DNA of 61,417 bases from a virus: the IMG/VR virus record IMGVR_UViG_3300045988_077264, positions 1 through 61,417 of that record; one strand, written 5' to 3'. The position numbers and the translations under genes were made by a program. Positions 19,030-28,381 of this stretch are shown here, piece after piece (position 1 is the stretch's first letter; every line of letters begins with the position of its first letter). The notes below the pieces were generated by a model. The model ran no database searches, had not been told where the DNA came from, and was given only the letters and a program-made list of their open reading frames with translations.

Positions 19030-19283
19030 TCTGTTACCTCGCTTTCCGCCACTTTCTTTTCCTTTTCAAATTCTTCTTTACTGCAAATCAATAATCCACC
19101 AATATAGCCATCTGGCTTTGTGAGTAATCCTGTAACAATTTCATTTGGCATAGCGATTGCCACATTTCCCCATCCGTCCTTGCCACTATGAGCAGATATG
19201 ATATTGGATAATGGGGAAACCTTTAAGTCCTTGTTATTCTTCTGCGACATTCGCTCCATTATTCCTAATGTTCCAATGCTCAT
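19026..19283 (-). CDS. Hypothetical phage protein
   Basis: 85-aa ORF, 4-nt overlap with the downstream gene. Confidence 0.4.
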   Translation of the reverse strand: MSIGTLGIMERMSQKNNKDLKVSPLSNIISAHSGKDGWGNVAIAMPNEIVTGLLTKPDGYIGGLLICSKEEFEKEKKVAESEVTE

Positions 19284-19437
19284 TTATACACGCCTCTCTT
19301 TCCTTTATTTCTCGCATCTTTTTCACAATACGGAAGAGAACAATGTCCGTCTGAAAAATCCATAAAGTTTTTCTTTTTCGCACTCTTCCAACGCTTACAT
19401 GACATACACTGTGCATCCGGCTGTGTGATGTTGTTGC

Positions 19438-20181
19438 CTATTCCAACTCTCGACATTCGGCACCCTCGTTTTCTGCATTGTTAATTGGCATATCCAATGT
19501 AACCGCAACATCTCTGATGAACTCGTCCGGAATATAGATTCCTGCCTGTACGCATATCGCATACTGCACCTTTGCAATACTTGTAATATCAGAACCTTGC
19601 TTTTCCATTGTCTTTGTCAGAACCTTCAGTAGATTAGCCACACCGCCATGTGACTGCGGAGTTTTCCTTGCTGACATACTCCGAATCTCTTGAATATCTG
19701 TTTTCATATTCTCCATGAATTTATTTCTCCTATCATCGAACCATTTTTCAAATACATTCCACAGTTCTAAGAAACAGTCCGTTTTAAGTATTGCATCTTC
19801 GATACTGATGCATCTTTCCGAAAGAAACAGGCTTATTATCTGTCTTGCGTGCTTTTCAAAATATAATTCGCACTTGCCTTTCAGAAAGTACCGATACCCG
19901 GAACCGAATCTGCCACCAAGAAAAGAAAACGAATAAAACGTGTTGCCTTGAAAATATGTATCGTATTTCACATCCCACTCGGTGAACATAGGTTCTTCGC
20001 CCTTTCTATGTACCAAGCGCATAACACATTTCTCATTAAATACTTCTTCGCACATGGTTTTGAATGTAGCCATGCAAATCCTTTCAGTTCCAGGCTCAAG
20101 CGTTTCCCCTGCTTCTATGTATTTGTCAATGATTTCGATTGCCTTTGCATTTATTGGATAGTCCATATCACATAGCTTCAA
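19438..20181 (-). CDS. Hypothetical phage protein
   Basis: 247-aa ORF, co-oriented. Confidence 0.45.
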   Translation of the reverse strand: MKLCDMDYPINAKAIEIIDKYIEAGETLEPGTERICMATFKTMCEEVFNEKCVMRLVHRKGEEPMFTEWDVKYDTYFQGNTFYSFSFLGGRFGSGYRYFLKGKCELYFEKHARQIISLFLSERCISIEDAILKTDCFLELWNVFEKWFDDRRNKFMENMKTDIQEIRSMSARKTPQSHGGVANLLKVLTKTMEKQGSDITSIAKVQYAICVQAGIYIPDEFIRDVAVTLDMPINNAENEGAECRELE

Positions 20182-22198
20182 CTTTCAACTGCTTATCCTC
20201 GGAAACGCTCAAAAGAATTAACTGTGCATCCATATCCGGCACATTGAACTCATTCAGCGATTCCGCGTTATCAACGAAAATCGGCACGCTTACACCGTAT
20301 AACTCACTAAGAGACTGAATAATATCAAGTCCTGCTACGATTCTGTGACCACTGTTCAAAGTCGAATACGGAACGCCATTTACTGTACACTCACAACAGT
20401 CTTTCATGCCGCCATTTAACTGAATTTCGAAGAGTTTGAAATTAACCGTTTTGAAATGACTGTTGATAGAATCTGAAACCTTGTCCAACTTATATCTGAT
20501 GAACGATTCTAAAAGATAAAGCATCTGTTCCTGGTCTGCAACTTTCTGTCCGATTTCTTTCTGCTCTGCCTGCAGCTGTGCAATGCGCTCATCAATTTCA
20601 ACATTCTTAGCAGCCTGTGCAATGATTGTTTTTGCATCTTCTAATGCAGCTTCCAATTCTAATTTTTTCGATTCTAATTCCGATGTATCAATGCTGTTTG
20701 CTCTCGCAGAATCAATCTGTGACTGCAAATCAGTATTTTTCTTCATCAATGCTTTGTAGTCCTCATTGGTGCTCAAATCAGCTTCTTCTGGCAACTCTGA
20801 TAGTTTTTTTATACATTCATTTTTAATTTTCATCTGTTCTGTTTCCTGCTCACGAAGTTCTGGAAGTTTCTTTTCTGCATCTTCAATATCAGATTTCATT
20901 ATTTCAATTTCTGATTTCTTATCAGTACCAAGAGAAGCAATCCGGTTCAATTCTGCAACCTTTTGATTGTTAAATGATTCTCTTATTGTTTTTAAGCGTT
21001 CTGCAGCATCTTCTTTTGCTTTTGCTTTTTTCTCTTCAAAATCAGTCTTCAACTGCTCAATTTTATCTTCTGGCAACCGCTGTCCACATAATGAACAGAC
21101 TGTAGTTGATTCATCAAATTTCCACTTAGATTCATCAAACAGGTACGATGATTCATCAAAAGTCTTTTCCTTTTCACTCATATACTGCTTTCCAAGTTCT
21201 GCTTTTTCGCTTTCCAATGTAGGAATTCTCTTTTTCTTTTCAACAATTTCACTTTCCAGTTTTGTAATCTGTTTATGTAAATCATTGAATTTTATTGTTG
21301 CTTCATCCTTTCTGTCATCCAACGACCGCCGCTCTTTAATAAGTGATTCATTTGCCTTGCGCTTGCAATCATTAATTTCAAACTGTAATTCGAATTTCTG
21401 CTGCTCTAAATCATCAATCACCTTGGATGAAGATTTCATCTGCAACTCAATTTCTTTAATCTGCCGTTCCAAATCAGTCTTTAATAACTCCTGCTCTGCA
21501 GTATCCACATCAACCTTGGATTTCTCGGCTTCATCAATACGGACCGGAATTTCAGCCTGTTTTTTCTTCCATTCTGTAAGTGCTTTGGAAAACTTAGCAC
21601 GAATATCGTCTGTGGATGGTGCTTTTTCCAATTCACTAAGCAATGGAGCATACTGTGAATCTGTCTGTGCAAGTTCCATATCTGAAACCTCTGCTATAAG
21701 TTTTATTAAAATATCTCTCTGCTCTTTCCATTTCAGAGAAGAAAAATACTGTGGATTGGTCAGTAACTTGAACATATCTTCACTCTGCGACAGCTCGGAA
21801 ACATATGCCTTGAAATCAGCTTCACTTTTCGGATAACCATCAATCTCATATGAATTTGGGTTCCCCTGCAAAGTCACGGTGTCGGTTCCACGCTTCTTAA
21901 CCCAGTTCTGCTTCTGCACCTTAGAAAGCATTACTTCCTTGCCTTCCACGTCCAATACACCTACAACCTTGATTTCTACGTTATCAATTTTCTTACCGTC
22001 CTTGTCCAAAGGCCTAACATTAAACTTTTCCTCTCCTGCACTATTCTTGTTAAAAAGCAACCAGGTAAAAGCATCAAAGATAGTTGTTTTTCCGGCTGCA
22101 TTCTGCCCCTTAATACTTGTTTTATTTGAGAAATTCACTTCAAGACTTTTAATTCCTTTAAAATTCTCAATGTGTAATGATTTTAAAATAATTCGCAT
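20168..22198 (-). CDS. AAA ATPase, SbcC/Rad50/RecF-like with a long coiled coil
   Basis: ENFKGIK...GQNAAGKTTIFDAF Walker A, a long Glu/Lys-rich coiled coil with a central CSLCGQ hook-like motif, and a C-terminal ATPase half. Confidence 0.7.
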   Translation of the reverse strand: MRIILKSLHIENFKGIKSLEVNFSNKTSIKGQNAAGKTTIFDAFTWLLFNKNSAGEEKFNVRPLDKDGKKIDNVEIKVVGVLDVEGKEVMLSKVQKQNWVKKRGTDTVTLQGNPNSYEIDGYPKSEADFKAYVSELSQSEDMFKLLTNPQYFSSLKWKEQRDILIKLIAEVSDMELAQTDSQYAPLLSELEKAPSTDDIRAKFSKALTEWKKKQAEIPVRIDEAEKSKVDVDTAEQELLKTDLERQIKEIELQMKSSSKVIDDLEQQKFELQFEINDCKRKANESLIKERRSLDDRKDEATIKFNDLHKQITKLESEIVEKKKRIPTLESEKAELGKQYMSEKEKTFDESSYLFDESKWKFDESTTVCSLCGQRLPEDKIEQLKTDFEEKKAKAKEDAAERLKTIRESFNNQKVAELNRIASLGTDKKSEIEIMKSDIEDAEKKLPELREQETEQMKIKNECIKKLSELPEEADLSTNEDYKALMKKNTDLQSQIDSARANSIDTSELESKKLELEAALEDAKTIIAQAAKNVEIDERIAQLQAEQKEIGQKVADQEQMLYLLESFIRYKLDKVSDSINSHFKTVNFKLFEIQLNGGMKDCCECTVNGVPYSTLNSGHRIVAGLDIIQSLSELYGVSVPIFVDNAESLNEFNVPDMDAQLILLSVSEDKQLKVEAM

Positions 22199-22202
22199 AA
22201 TT

Positions 22203-22526
22203 TTATTCCTCCAATTCCTGTTCCAGTCTTAAATGAAATAAGCGTAATAAATTTTTGTTTGTGGTGTTGTCATATGATAAATACTTTTCTATTGCCGTTC
22301 TATTTCCTTTTTTCATTAATGTGTTAAAAGCATTGCGAATTGAATGTTCAACACAACGCCATGTAATACCATATTTTTCGGCTATCTGATTGTATGTTGC
22401 GGCCATATTCATATAATCGTTTTTTCTTTCGTGATATAATTCCATGACGTCTGCAATATAATAAAATCCTCTCAAGCTAGCCGACATTCCCATCTCAATC
22501 AATGCATTAATTGCTCTATTTCTCAT
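22203..22526 (-). CDS. Spo0A C-terminal-domain-like DNA-binding protein
   Basis: IGMSASLRGFYYIADVMEL...RCVEHSIRNAF resembles the Spo0A_C effector domain. Confidence 0.45.
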   Translation of the reverse strand: MRNRAINALIEMGMSASLRGFYYIADVMELYHERKNDYMNMAATYNQIAEKYGITWRCVEHSIRNAFNTLMKKGNRTAIEKYLSYDNTTNKNLLRLFHLRLEQELEE

Positions 22527-23148
22527 CTGAAATCACCTCAATTCTTGATGCTGAAACCTCATATGCTCTTCTTTCTTCTTCCTCACCATTTGAATGACGC
22601 TTGATATAATCCCGACTCTGGACGCGTCCGGTAATTTTTAAGTGTGTTCCAAGCGGAAGTCCAGATGCATGACGTGCATTTCTACTCCAGCAGATACAAG
22701 GAATATAATCAGATTTGCTATAGGAACGGTTTACTGCCACCAACAGGTCTGCAATTTCTCTTCCAAGAGGAGTCTTACGGTAAATCGGGTCCTTACAGAT
22801 GTAGCCATCCAGAATAATCTGGTTGCTCTTCATCTCCTCTGTCTCTTCTTCAATAAATTCAATCTCCAAGACGAATACAGAGAGAACCAGCCGGTTCTTA
22901 AGTTCCTCATGTCTGTTATAGGAACGGAACTGTCCGGTTACATGAATGATTTCACCAATATGATTTTTATTTACATCAATCAAATATTCCGAAATCAAAA
23001 GTGGTAAGTAATCAATTGTTTCGCTCGTCCGTTTTACAGCTACATCCACAAGGTAAAATCTTTCACCGTATACCTCATGGCTAAATCTGAAATCAGATAC
23101 AATTTCGCCTACAAGTTCTACATTATTATTCTCTAAAAGTTTGTCCAT
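22516..23148 (-). CDS. Tandem OB-fold (SSB-like) protein
   Basis: Two repeats of the pattern N.V.L.G...R.S...D.I...G.FRS. Weak call. Confidence 0.35.
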   Translation of the reverse strand: MDKLLENNNVELVGEIVSDFRFSHEVYGERFYLVDVAVKRTSETIDYLPLLISEYLIDVNKNHIGEIIHVTGQFRSYNRHEELKNRLVLSVFVLEIEFIEEETEEMKSNQIILDGYICKDPIYRKTPLGREIADLLVAVNRSYSKSDYIPCICWSRNARHASGLPLGTHLKITGRVQSRDYIKRHSNGEEEERRAYEVSASRIEVISDEK

Positions 23149-23279
23149 GTTTGAAATTCTCCTTTAAGTATGTTAAAATAGGCGCAAATAGCTTATGCTA
23201 TTGCTTTGATTGGGAATCCTCTGCTTTGGTCGGTTGTGGGATTCCTTTTCTCTTTTTGTATATCTCTTTGATATATTCA

Positions 23280-23810
23280 TTAGCCAACTGACGTTTGACT
23301 GATTTGGTGTTTCCCATGTATTTCTTCAAGTTCATACGTCCTTTCCATTATCCCCAATGCATATGTTGTATAATCTGCAGCATCTCCACGGCTTACCGCA
23401 TTTTTGGTGCCATTGTATACCATAAGAACCGTTCCCATGTCCTCATATTCACTAAATAGCTCTGCCAGATAATCACACCCCACAAGTATATTGCTGTATG
23501 GATCATATAAATCTGTCACACCAAGTTTCTTCATACGGTCCATGTGATACTTCTCATAAATCTGCATCAAACCTTTACAATTACCATTTGATACATTAAC
23601 CTGTCCACTACTTTCGTGTTCAATGATTGCCATTACCATTTCCGGGCAAAGATGATACTGATTTGAAATTACATTAATATAAGGAAGAAACTCATCACAT
23701 ATCCATGTGTCTGCCGGTTCCGCTTCTATCTTCAAAGTCGAGCCAGACAATGTCATCGTCACTACTACAACGATAAGCGCGACTATCTTTCTCAATGATT
23801 TTCTCTGCAT
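23280..23810 (-). CDS. Lytic transglycosylase (SLT domain) with signal anchor
   Basis: AIIEHESSGQ...GLMQI catalytic region and the hydrophobic IVALIVVVVTMTL near the N-terminus. The start is set at the internal Met. Confidence 0.7.
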   Translation of the reverse strand: MQRKSLRKIVALIVVVVTMTLSGSTLKIEAEPADTWICDEFLPYINVISNQYHLCPEMVMAIIEHESSGQVNVSNGNCKGLMQIYEKYHMDRMKKLGVTDLYDPYSNILVGCDYLAELFSEYEDMGTVLMVYNGTKNAVSRGDAADYTTYALGIMERTYELEEIHGKHQISQTSVG

Positions 23811-23974
23811 CCTTAAAGCTCCTTTCCAGCACTGCACCTAATGCTAAAATTAATAATCCAAAAATAAATGGAACGGCTACTATCGGATTTTCGGTAATAT
23901 CGCAACTCATGCTTGTGAAAAGAATTGCCATTCCGACGGCTTCCACAACAAATGAAAATTTTTTAATTTTCATA

Positions 23975-24547
23975 TTATTCACCTTTTTCCTTTCCAAATT
24001 TTTGCAATATTGAAAGGATATTTCTATATTTGATTTTGCAAACAATATTCCAAAACAAATCCAACACCTTTTGACTTATCATGTTTATCAAACTTCTAGC
24101 TATAATTTCTGAAACACTTAGCTTAATGACATCATTCCTCTTTTCTTTTACTTCTTTTGAATCGCTATTGATGGAATCTTTTATCATTTTAAGTATCCTG
24201 AATAATGGCATATTTCTAAGAAACTCCAGCGTGATATTCTGTATCCTTATTAGCTGATGTTTTGATAAAATTATTTCTTCCATTATTTCCAAATCTTTAA
24301 TGTCGATGTATCCTAAAAGAATATCTTCGCACCCATAAACTCCGCGGTAGTCCAAAAGGATATCTGGAAACTCTAAAAAATTAATTTGAACATGTTCTCC
24401 ATCTAGTAAATCAGCATCCGCAATTCTACTGCAGGCACTATTAACGTATTTTTCATACCCATAAACATTGAGCATATGCTTTACACTATACAATGGCTCT
24501 GGCATGTCTTTTCTCTTGAATATGTACTTATAAATGGATTCTTTCAT
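23975..24547 (-). CDS. Hypothetical phage protein
   Basis: 190-aa ORF, co-oriented. Confidence 0.4.
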   Translation of the reverse strand: MKESIYKYIFKRKDMPEPLYSVKHMLNVYGYEKYVNSACSRIADADLLDGEHVQINFLEFPDILLDYRGVYGCEDILLGYIDIKDLEIMEEIILSKHQLIRIQNITLEFLRNMPLFRILKMIKDSINSDSKEVKEKRNDVIKLSVSEIIARSLINMISQKVLDLFWNIVCKIKYRNILSILQKFGKEKGE

Positions 24548-24556
24548 TATTTTCCA

Positions 24557-25351
24557 TTAATCCTTTCCAACTCCATATCTGATTGCCATTTCTTTTACAA
24601 TGGCTGTATACCCTTCGACCAGCTTCTTATCCTCTGCAATAATATCCACATAAGATAATTTGTCTCTGGTTGATTTACTGATACCCTCGTCAGCCATTCT
24701 TCTGCGCTTATTGGTCAGCCGTTGTTTCAGGTTTACGCCCATCCGCTTTGACAGCAGTTCGTAGCTTTCTGCTCTCACTTGGCTATACGCCTGTCCGCCA
24801 CCAAGCTCCATGCTGATTTTTCTTAAAATGTTTCCAGTATCATCACGCCATGATGTCGTATCAAGTGCAACCACTTCCCGGATGCTCTCAACTCTCTGTT
24901 CCACATGATTCAACTGCTCTGCCTGCCGTTTCTGTTCTAACTGCTGTTCCGCTACAGAATTGAAAATTTTCTGAAACATCTGCAATTCTGGCGATAACTG
25001 GTTGAGGTCGATTACCTTTTGTTTTACACGTTCTTCCAGAGTTGTGAAATAATCGCGTGCTTCTTCCGCTTTCGCTACGTTTCCTTTCATGGAAAGTTTC
25101 TTTGCAAAATGGGCTGTGAGTTTGTAATCCTGCGTTTTGTTACCCTCGACATTGATGTCGAACCCCCAGTAATCCTCATTTTCAGTGGCAAATTCATTAT
25201 CAACAATGTTTGATTTCGCCCATCTCGAAAACTGTCCCTGTGCCAATTCCAAGAACGCATACAGCTTTCTTGCGGTAGTCATTCCATTTTCGTCAACACC
25301 AAGTACAATTTCGATTGGCGTCTGCATTTTGCCTGTTTCCAATTCATTCAT
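24557..25351 (-). CDS. Antirepressor-like protein (AntA/ORF6N-type N-terminus)
   Basis: TPIEIVLGVDENGMTTARKLYAFLEL..FSRWAKSNIV pattern. The start at MNELETG overlaps the cro-like stop (ATGA-type overlap). Confidence 0.55.
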   Translation of the reverse strand: MNELETGKMQTPIEIVLGVDENGMTTARKLYAFLELAQGQFSRWAKSNIVDNEFATENEDYWGFDINVEGNKTQDYKLTAHFAKKLSMKGNVAKAEEARDYFTTLEERVKQKVIDLNQLSPELQMFQKIFNSVAEQQLEQKRQAEQLNHVEQRVESIREVVALDTTSWRDDTGNILRKISMELGGGQAYSQVRAESYELLSKRMGVNLKQRLTNKRRRMADEGISKSTRDKLSYVDIIAEDKKLVEGYTAIVKEMAIRYGVGKD

Positions 25352-25547
25352 CCTCCATTTGTTCATCATTGTCCAACAATTCTGCAATCGGGACACCCAG
25401 TACCGTCGCAATCTTTTCTAAAGATTTAAGATTCGGCTTACTTTTGTCCCAGCGACTAATTGTGCCGTTTCCAATTTCAGCTTTGTTTTCCAACGCAGCT
25501 ATACTTAAACCTTTTTCTTTTGCTATTTTTTTTACTTTTTCTAGCAC
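25344..25547 (-). CDS. Cro-like XRE-family HTH regulator
   Basis: 67 aa with KGLSIAALENKAEIGNGTISRW (HTH). Divergent from the CI-like gene. Confidence 0.75.
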   Translation of the reverse strand: MLEKVKKIAKEKGLSIAALENKAEIGNGTISRWDKSKPNLKSLEKIATVLGVPIAELLDNDEQMEDE

Positions 25548-25736
25548 TTTTAGACCTCCATTTCTCTAAATTTAGACTTTTCTCCTTGACAATATTTAGA
25601 GAATACTCTAAAATATACTTGTCCAGAGTTAATATTTAGAGGTATCTCTTTTTTATTTAGAATTAAGTCTAAATAAAGTATATTGAGTTATCTCTAATTT
25701 GTCAAGCATTTTTTAGACCTTTTTCTAAATTTATTT
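25548..25736. promoter_or_regulatory. Lysogeny switch: palindromic TTTAGA operators and face-to-face promoters
   Basis: Operators: TCTAAATTTAGA, TTTAGAG-aata-CTCTAAA, TTATTTAGA-attaag-TCTAAATAA and TTTAGA-cctttt-TCTAAA. Plus-strand promoter: TTGACA-17-TAAAAT (25586-25614). Minus-strand promoter: TTGACA-17-TATACT (25705-25677). Confidence 0.6.
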
Positions 25737-25748
25737 TTGGAGGTAATT

Positions 25749-26483
25749 ATGGATAGCGTTGAGTTGGTAAAGAAATTGTGCAAAGAAAAGAAAATACCTA
25801 TCTCGAAATTGGAAACCTCATGTGGGTTCGGGAATGGATATATAAGAAAATTAAAAGAGGGAAAATTTCCGTCAGATAGACTAGTAAAAATTGCAGAGTT
25901 TCTAAATGTGACAACAGACTATTTGTTGGGAAATACTATTTTTTCGATATGCCCTGTATGCGGATTTGGAGACGATCCTCTTTCAACACAATCAAGAAAA
26001 GAACATGAGTTATTCCATCAGCGATTTTTAAAGATAAAAGAAAAATACCCTTTCTTTAAACCGTATTCTATTGCTGATAAAGAGCGTACTGATAGTATCT
26101 TTGAATTTAGAAGTTATCGGAATAGTTTAGAGCAGAAAATGACTGCGTTTGAAAAATATTTGCAATCTTCTTTTTCAATAGAAATTAATCGCAACGATTA
26201 CATTATAGATAATTTAGACTATAAAGAGTTTTGCAAAACAGAAGTGAGTGCCTTACATGAAGATGATTGTATTTCTCAAGAATTAATAGATGCACTTATT
26301 GATAAATATGGAATAGACAGAAACTTTCTCGCTGGGAATGAATATCTATTAGCGAGAATAAGCAAAAATCCACAACTGATGCGTCTACTTGCTTATGCGG
26401 AAAAATTAAACCCAGGAATGTTAAATATTCTTGAAGTTCAAGCGAAAGCATTATCCGAGCATAATGCCAAAGACCAGGAGTAG
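25749..26483 (+). CDS. CI-like repressor (XRE HTH N-terminus, CxxC-containing C-terminal domain)
   Basis: ATG at 25749 follows TGGAGGT. HTH: KKIPISKLETSCGFGNGYIRKL. It is the only long plus-strand gene in the centre of the element. Confidence 0.7.
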   Translation: MDSVELVKKLCKEKKIPISKLETSCGFGNGYIRKLKEGKFPSDRLVKIAEFLNVTTDYLLGNTIFSICPVCGFGDDPLSTQSRKEHELFHQRFLKIKEKYPFFKPYSIADKERTDSIFEFRSYRNSLEQKMTAFEKYLQSSFSIEINRNDYIIDNLDYKEFCKTEVSALHEDDCISQELIDALIDKYGIDRNFLAGNEYLLARISKNPQLMRLLAYAEKLNPGMLNILEVQAKALSEHNAKDQE

Positions 26484-26485
26484 CC

Positions 26486-26644
26486 TTAGTTGCTACTCCT
26501 TAATTTTTCTCTTACAAACGAATAGAACCAACGCAGTTTGTAATTTTCATTAATACCATCAAATATTTTTCGTAGTTCTTCTCGATATTCTTGGTTTGAC
26601 ATATACGTGTTTTCTTCTTTCACAATGTTTTCTTTAGAATTCAT
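26486..26644 (-). CDS. Small hypothetical protein (52 aa)
   Basis: ATG at 26644 is preceded by GGAGAGGGAG. It converges on the CI gene and shares a hairpin with it. Confidence 0.35.
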   Translation of the reverse strand: MNSKENIVKEENTYMSNQEYREELRKIFDGINENYKLRWFYSFVREKLRSSN

Positions 26645-26882
26645 AAAAATCTCCCTCTCCTGCTGTATATTTGCGATTTCATCGGTGACGTAATCATTGT
26701 ATAAAATAAAAAAAGGTTTTTCTCCCCTATTTCGACCATTTTTTTATTTTTTTTAAAGAAAAGCTATTAAGCTAAATAATTTTTCCGTTTTCTCCCCTGT
26801 TACTACATATGAGCATTATATTATATTTTCCATTATTTGTCTTTACTTTTGTGAATTTGTCCACGGTTGTGGACAAGACTCT

Positions 26883-27095
26883 TTATTTAGGCGCATATTT
26901 ATACTCCGAATCGAATAAATCCACGATTCCCATGTCCAATGCTGCAGCAAGTTTTTCAAGCTGAGAGAGTCTTGGTGAATATCTTTCATTTTCAATATTG
27001 TTGATTTCAGATTTACTAATTCCAGATAAATTTGCCAGTTCTCTAGTGGTAATATTTCGTTCACTTCGAATATTCCACAATTTCATTTTTGCCAT
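26883..27095 (-). CDS. XRE-family HTH protein (Aca-like position)
   Basis: 70 aa with ITTRELANLSGISKSEINNIE (HTH). Confidence 0.7.
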   Translation of the reverse strand: MAKMKLWNIRSERNITTRELANLSGISKSEINNIENERYSPRLSQLEKLAAALDMGIVDLFDSEYKYAPK

Positions 27096-27156
27096 ACTAC
27101 TACCTCCACCATTTGTGTATATGTAAGTAGTATGTATGAATTTGAAAAAAATAATA

Positions 27157-27438
27157 TTAGACTTCCTGCTGACTTATTTCAATCATTTTCCACTCATGCA
27201 TAGAATAATTGTATTGAAGCGTAAAGCCTTTCTCCATACCATATATAATAGCTGTACATTGGTACTTAATTCCAATAAGCCTTGTCAAATTTTCTCTTTT
27301 TAAAATTTTATCTATCGTGACAGATACTATACTGCCATCTATGTCCTTAAACCGGAACCGCATTGGTGTTATCTTTCCATCCGTATCAGTGCACGAAATC
27401 ATCTGGACCGGGATGCTGGTTCTTAGAATACTATTCAA
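27157..27438 (-). CDS. Small hypothetical protein upstream of the HTH gene
   Basis: 93 aa, TTG start 9 nt after GGAG. It follows the lysin terminator and an AT-rich promoter-like segment. Confidence 0.45.
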   Translation of the reverse strand: MNSILRTSIPVQMISCTDTDGKITPMRFRFKDIDGSIVSVTIDKILKRENLTRLIGIKYQCTAIIYGMEKGFTLQYNYSMHEWKMIEISQQEV

Positions 27439-27528
27439 TGTGTTTTGCTCCTTTTTTCTTTGGTGTCTTTATTATATATTCGAACATTTGTTTTGTAAAG
27501 AGAAACTATGAAGTTATTTTCTTCCAAA

Positions 27529-27558
27529 GAAAAAAGCCGGCACTTTTTTGTACCGGCT
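27529..27558 (-). terminator. Rho-independent terminator after the endolysin gene
   Basis: AGCCGG/CCGGCT stem followed by a T-run on the minus strand. Confidence 0.6.
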
Positions 27559-27606
27559 ATAATATTTTTACTGATGATTCAGCCACTTCCGGATGAGTTC
27601 AACTCT

Positions 27607-28380
27607 CTACTTTTCATAGACTGATACATACTTACTTGCTGCAGTAATGTATAACCCGGAAATAAGCTTATACATGCTGCTGCCACCCACTTTAATAGGT
27701 CCTTCTGCGATTGTAAAGACTTCATTCTTTGCCACTCTTCCAGAAACAGCACTACTATCCCAGCTTAATGTTTTTCTAACCGCCAAATTATCCACCAGCA
27801 CTTTCACATACTTTTTCTTCTCCGGCAGTTCCATCGGTGCAACTGGCTTCGATTCAGCCGCTACATAATCAGATAAAGCGTATGCGATTGCTCTGCATAC
27901 CTCTTCGAACTTCTGTTCATACAGTGCTGCATCCGGATTATTCACAAAGCAAACCTCAATAAGCATTGCCTTCGCCTTTGTTTTACGGATAACATATAAT
28001 CCACTTCCGGCCTTTACTCCACGGTTCGTAAATCCAAGTGCTGCAATGTGTTCGCATACCTCTACAGCATCAGGATACTGTCTGCCCTTGTATGTATACA
28101 CCTCTACTCCGTGTCCTGCTCTTGCAGCATCATTGTTAAAGTGAACACTGATAAAATAATCAAGGTCAGTTGCATTTGCCATTGCTACCGCTTTCTGTAA
28201 ATATGCTGCCTGTGTTGGTGCGGAATCTACTGTACATGGTACCACCTGCACCCCGGCTGTTGTAAGAAGCTCTGTCAATCTGTTGCAGACTCTTCTTGTT
28301 TCTGTACTCTCTGAAATAACTCCAATTGTTCCACTTCCTGCTCCTGAAAGTGTATGTCCTGCGTTTAATCCAATTTTCAT
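27607..28380 (-). CDS. N-acetylmuramoyl-L-alanine amidase endolysin with SH3-like C-terminus
   Basis: MKIGLNAGHTLSGAGSG...ISVHFNN (Amidase_3-like). Sits immediately downstream of the holin. Confidence 0.85.
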   Translation of the reverse strand: MKIGLNAGHTLSGAGSGTIGVISESTETRRVCNRLTELLTTAGVQVVPCTVDSAPTQAAYLQKAVAMANATDLDYFISVHFNNDAARAGHGVEVYTYKGRQYPDAVEVCEHIAALGFTNRGVKAGSGLYVIRKTKAKAMLIEVCFVNNPDAALYEQKFEEVCRAIAYALSDYVAAESKPVAPMELPEKKKYVKVLVDNLAVRKTLSWDSSAVSGRVAKNEVFTIAEGPIKVGGSSMYKLISGLYITAASKYVSVYEK

Positions 28381-28381
28381 C

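Noticed and set aside
23695-24045. A 116-aa ORF overlapping the SLT gene by more than 110 nt.
   Set aside because: Only its N-terminal part (from MKIKKF at 23973) looks like a membrane peptide. The long out-of-frame overlap makes the annotated extent doubtful, so it is not listed as a feature.
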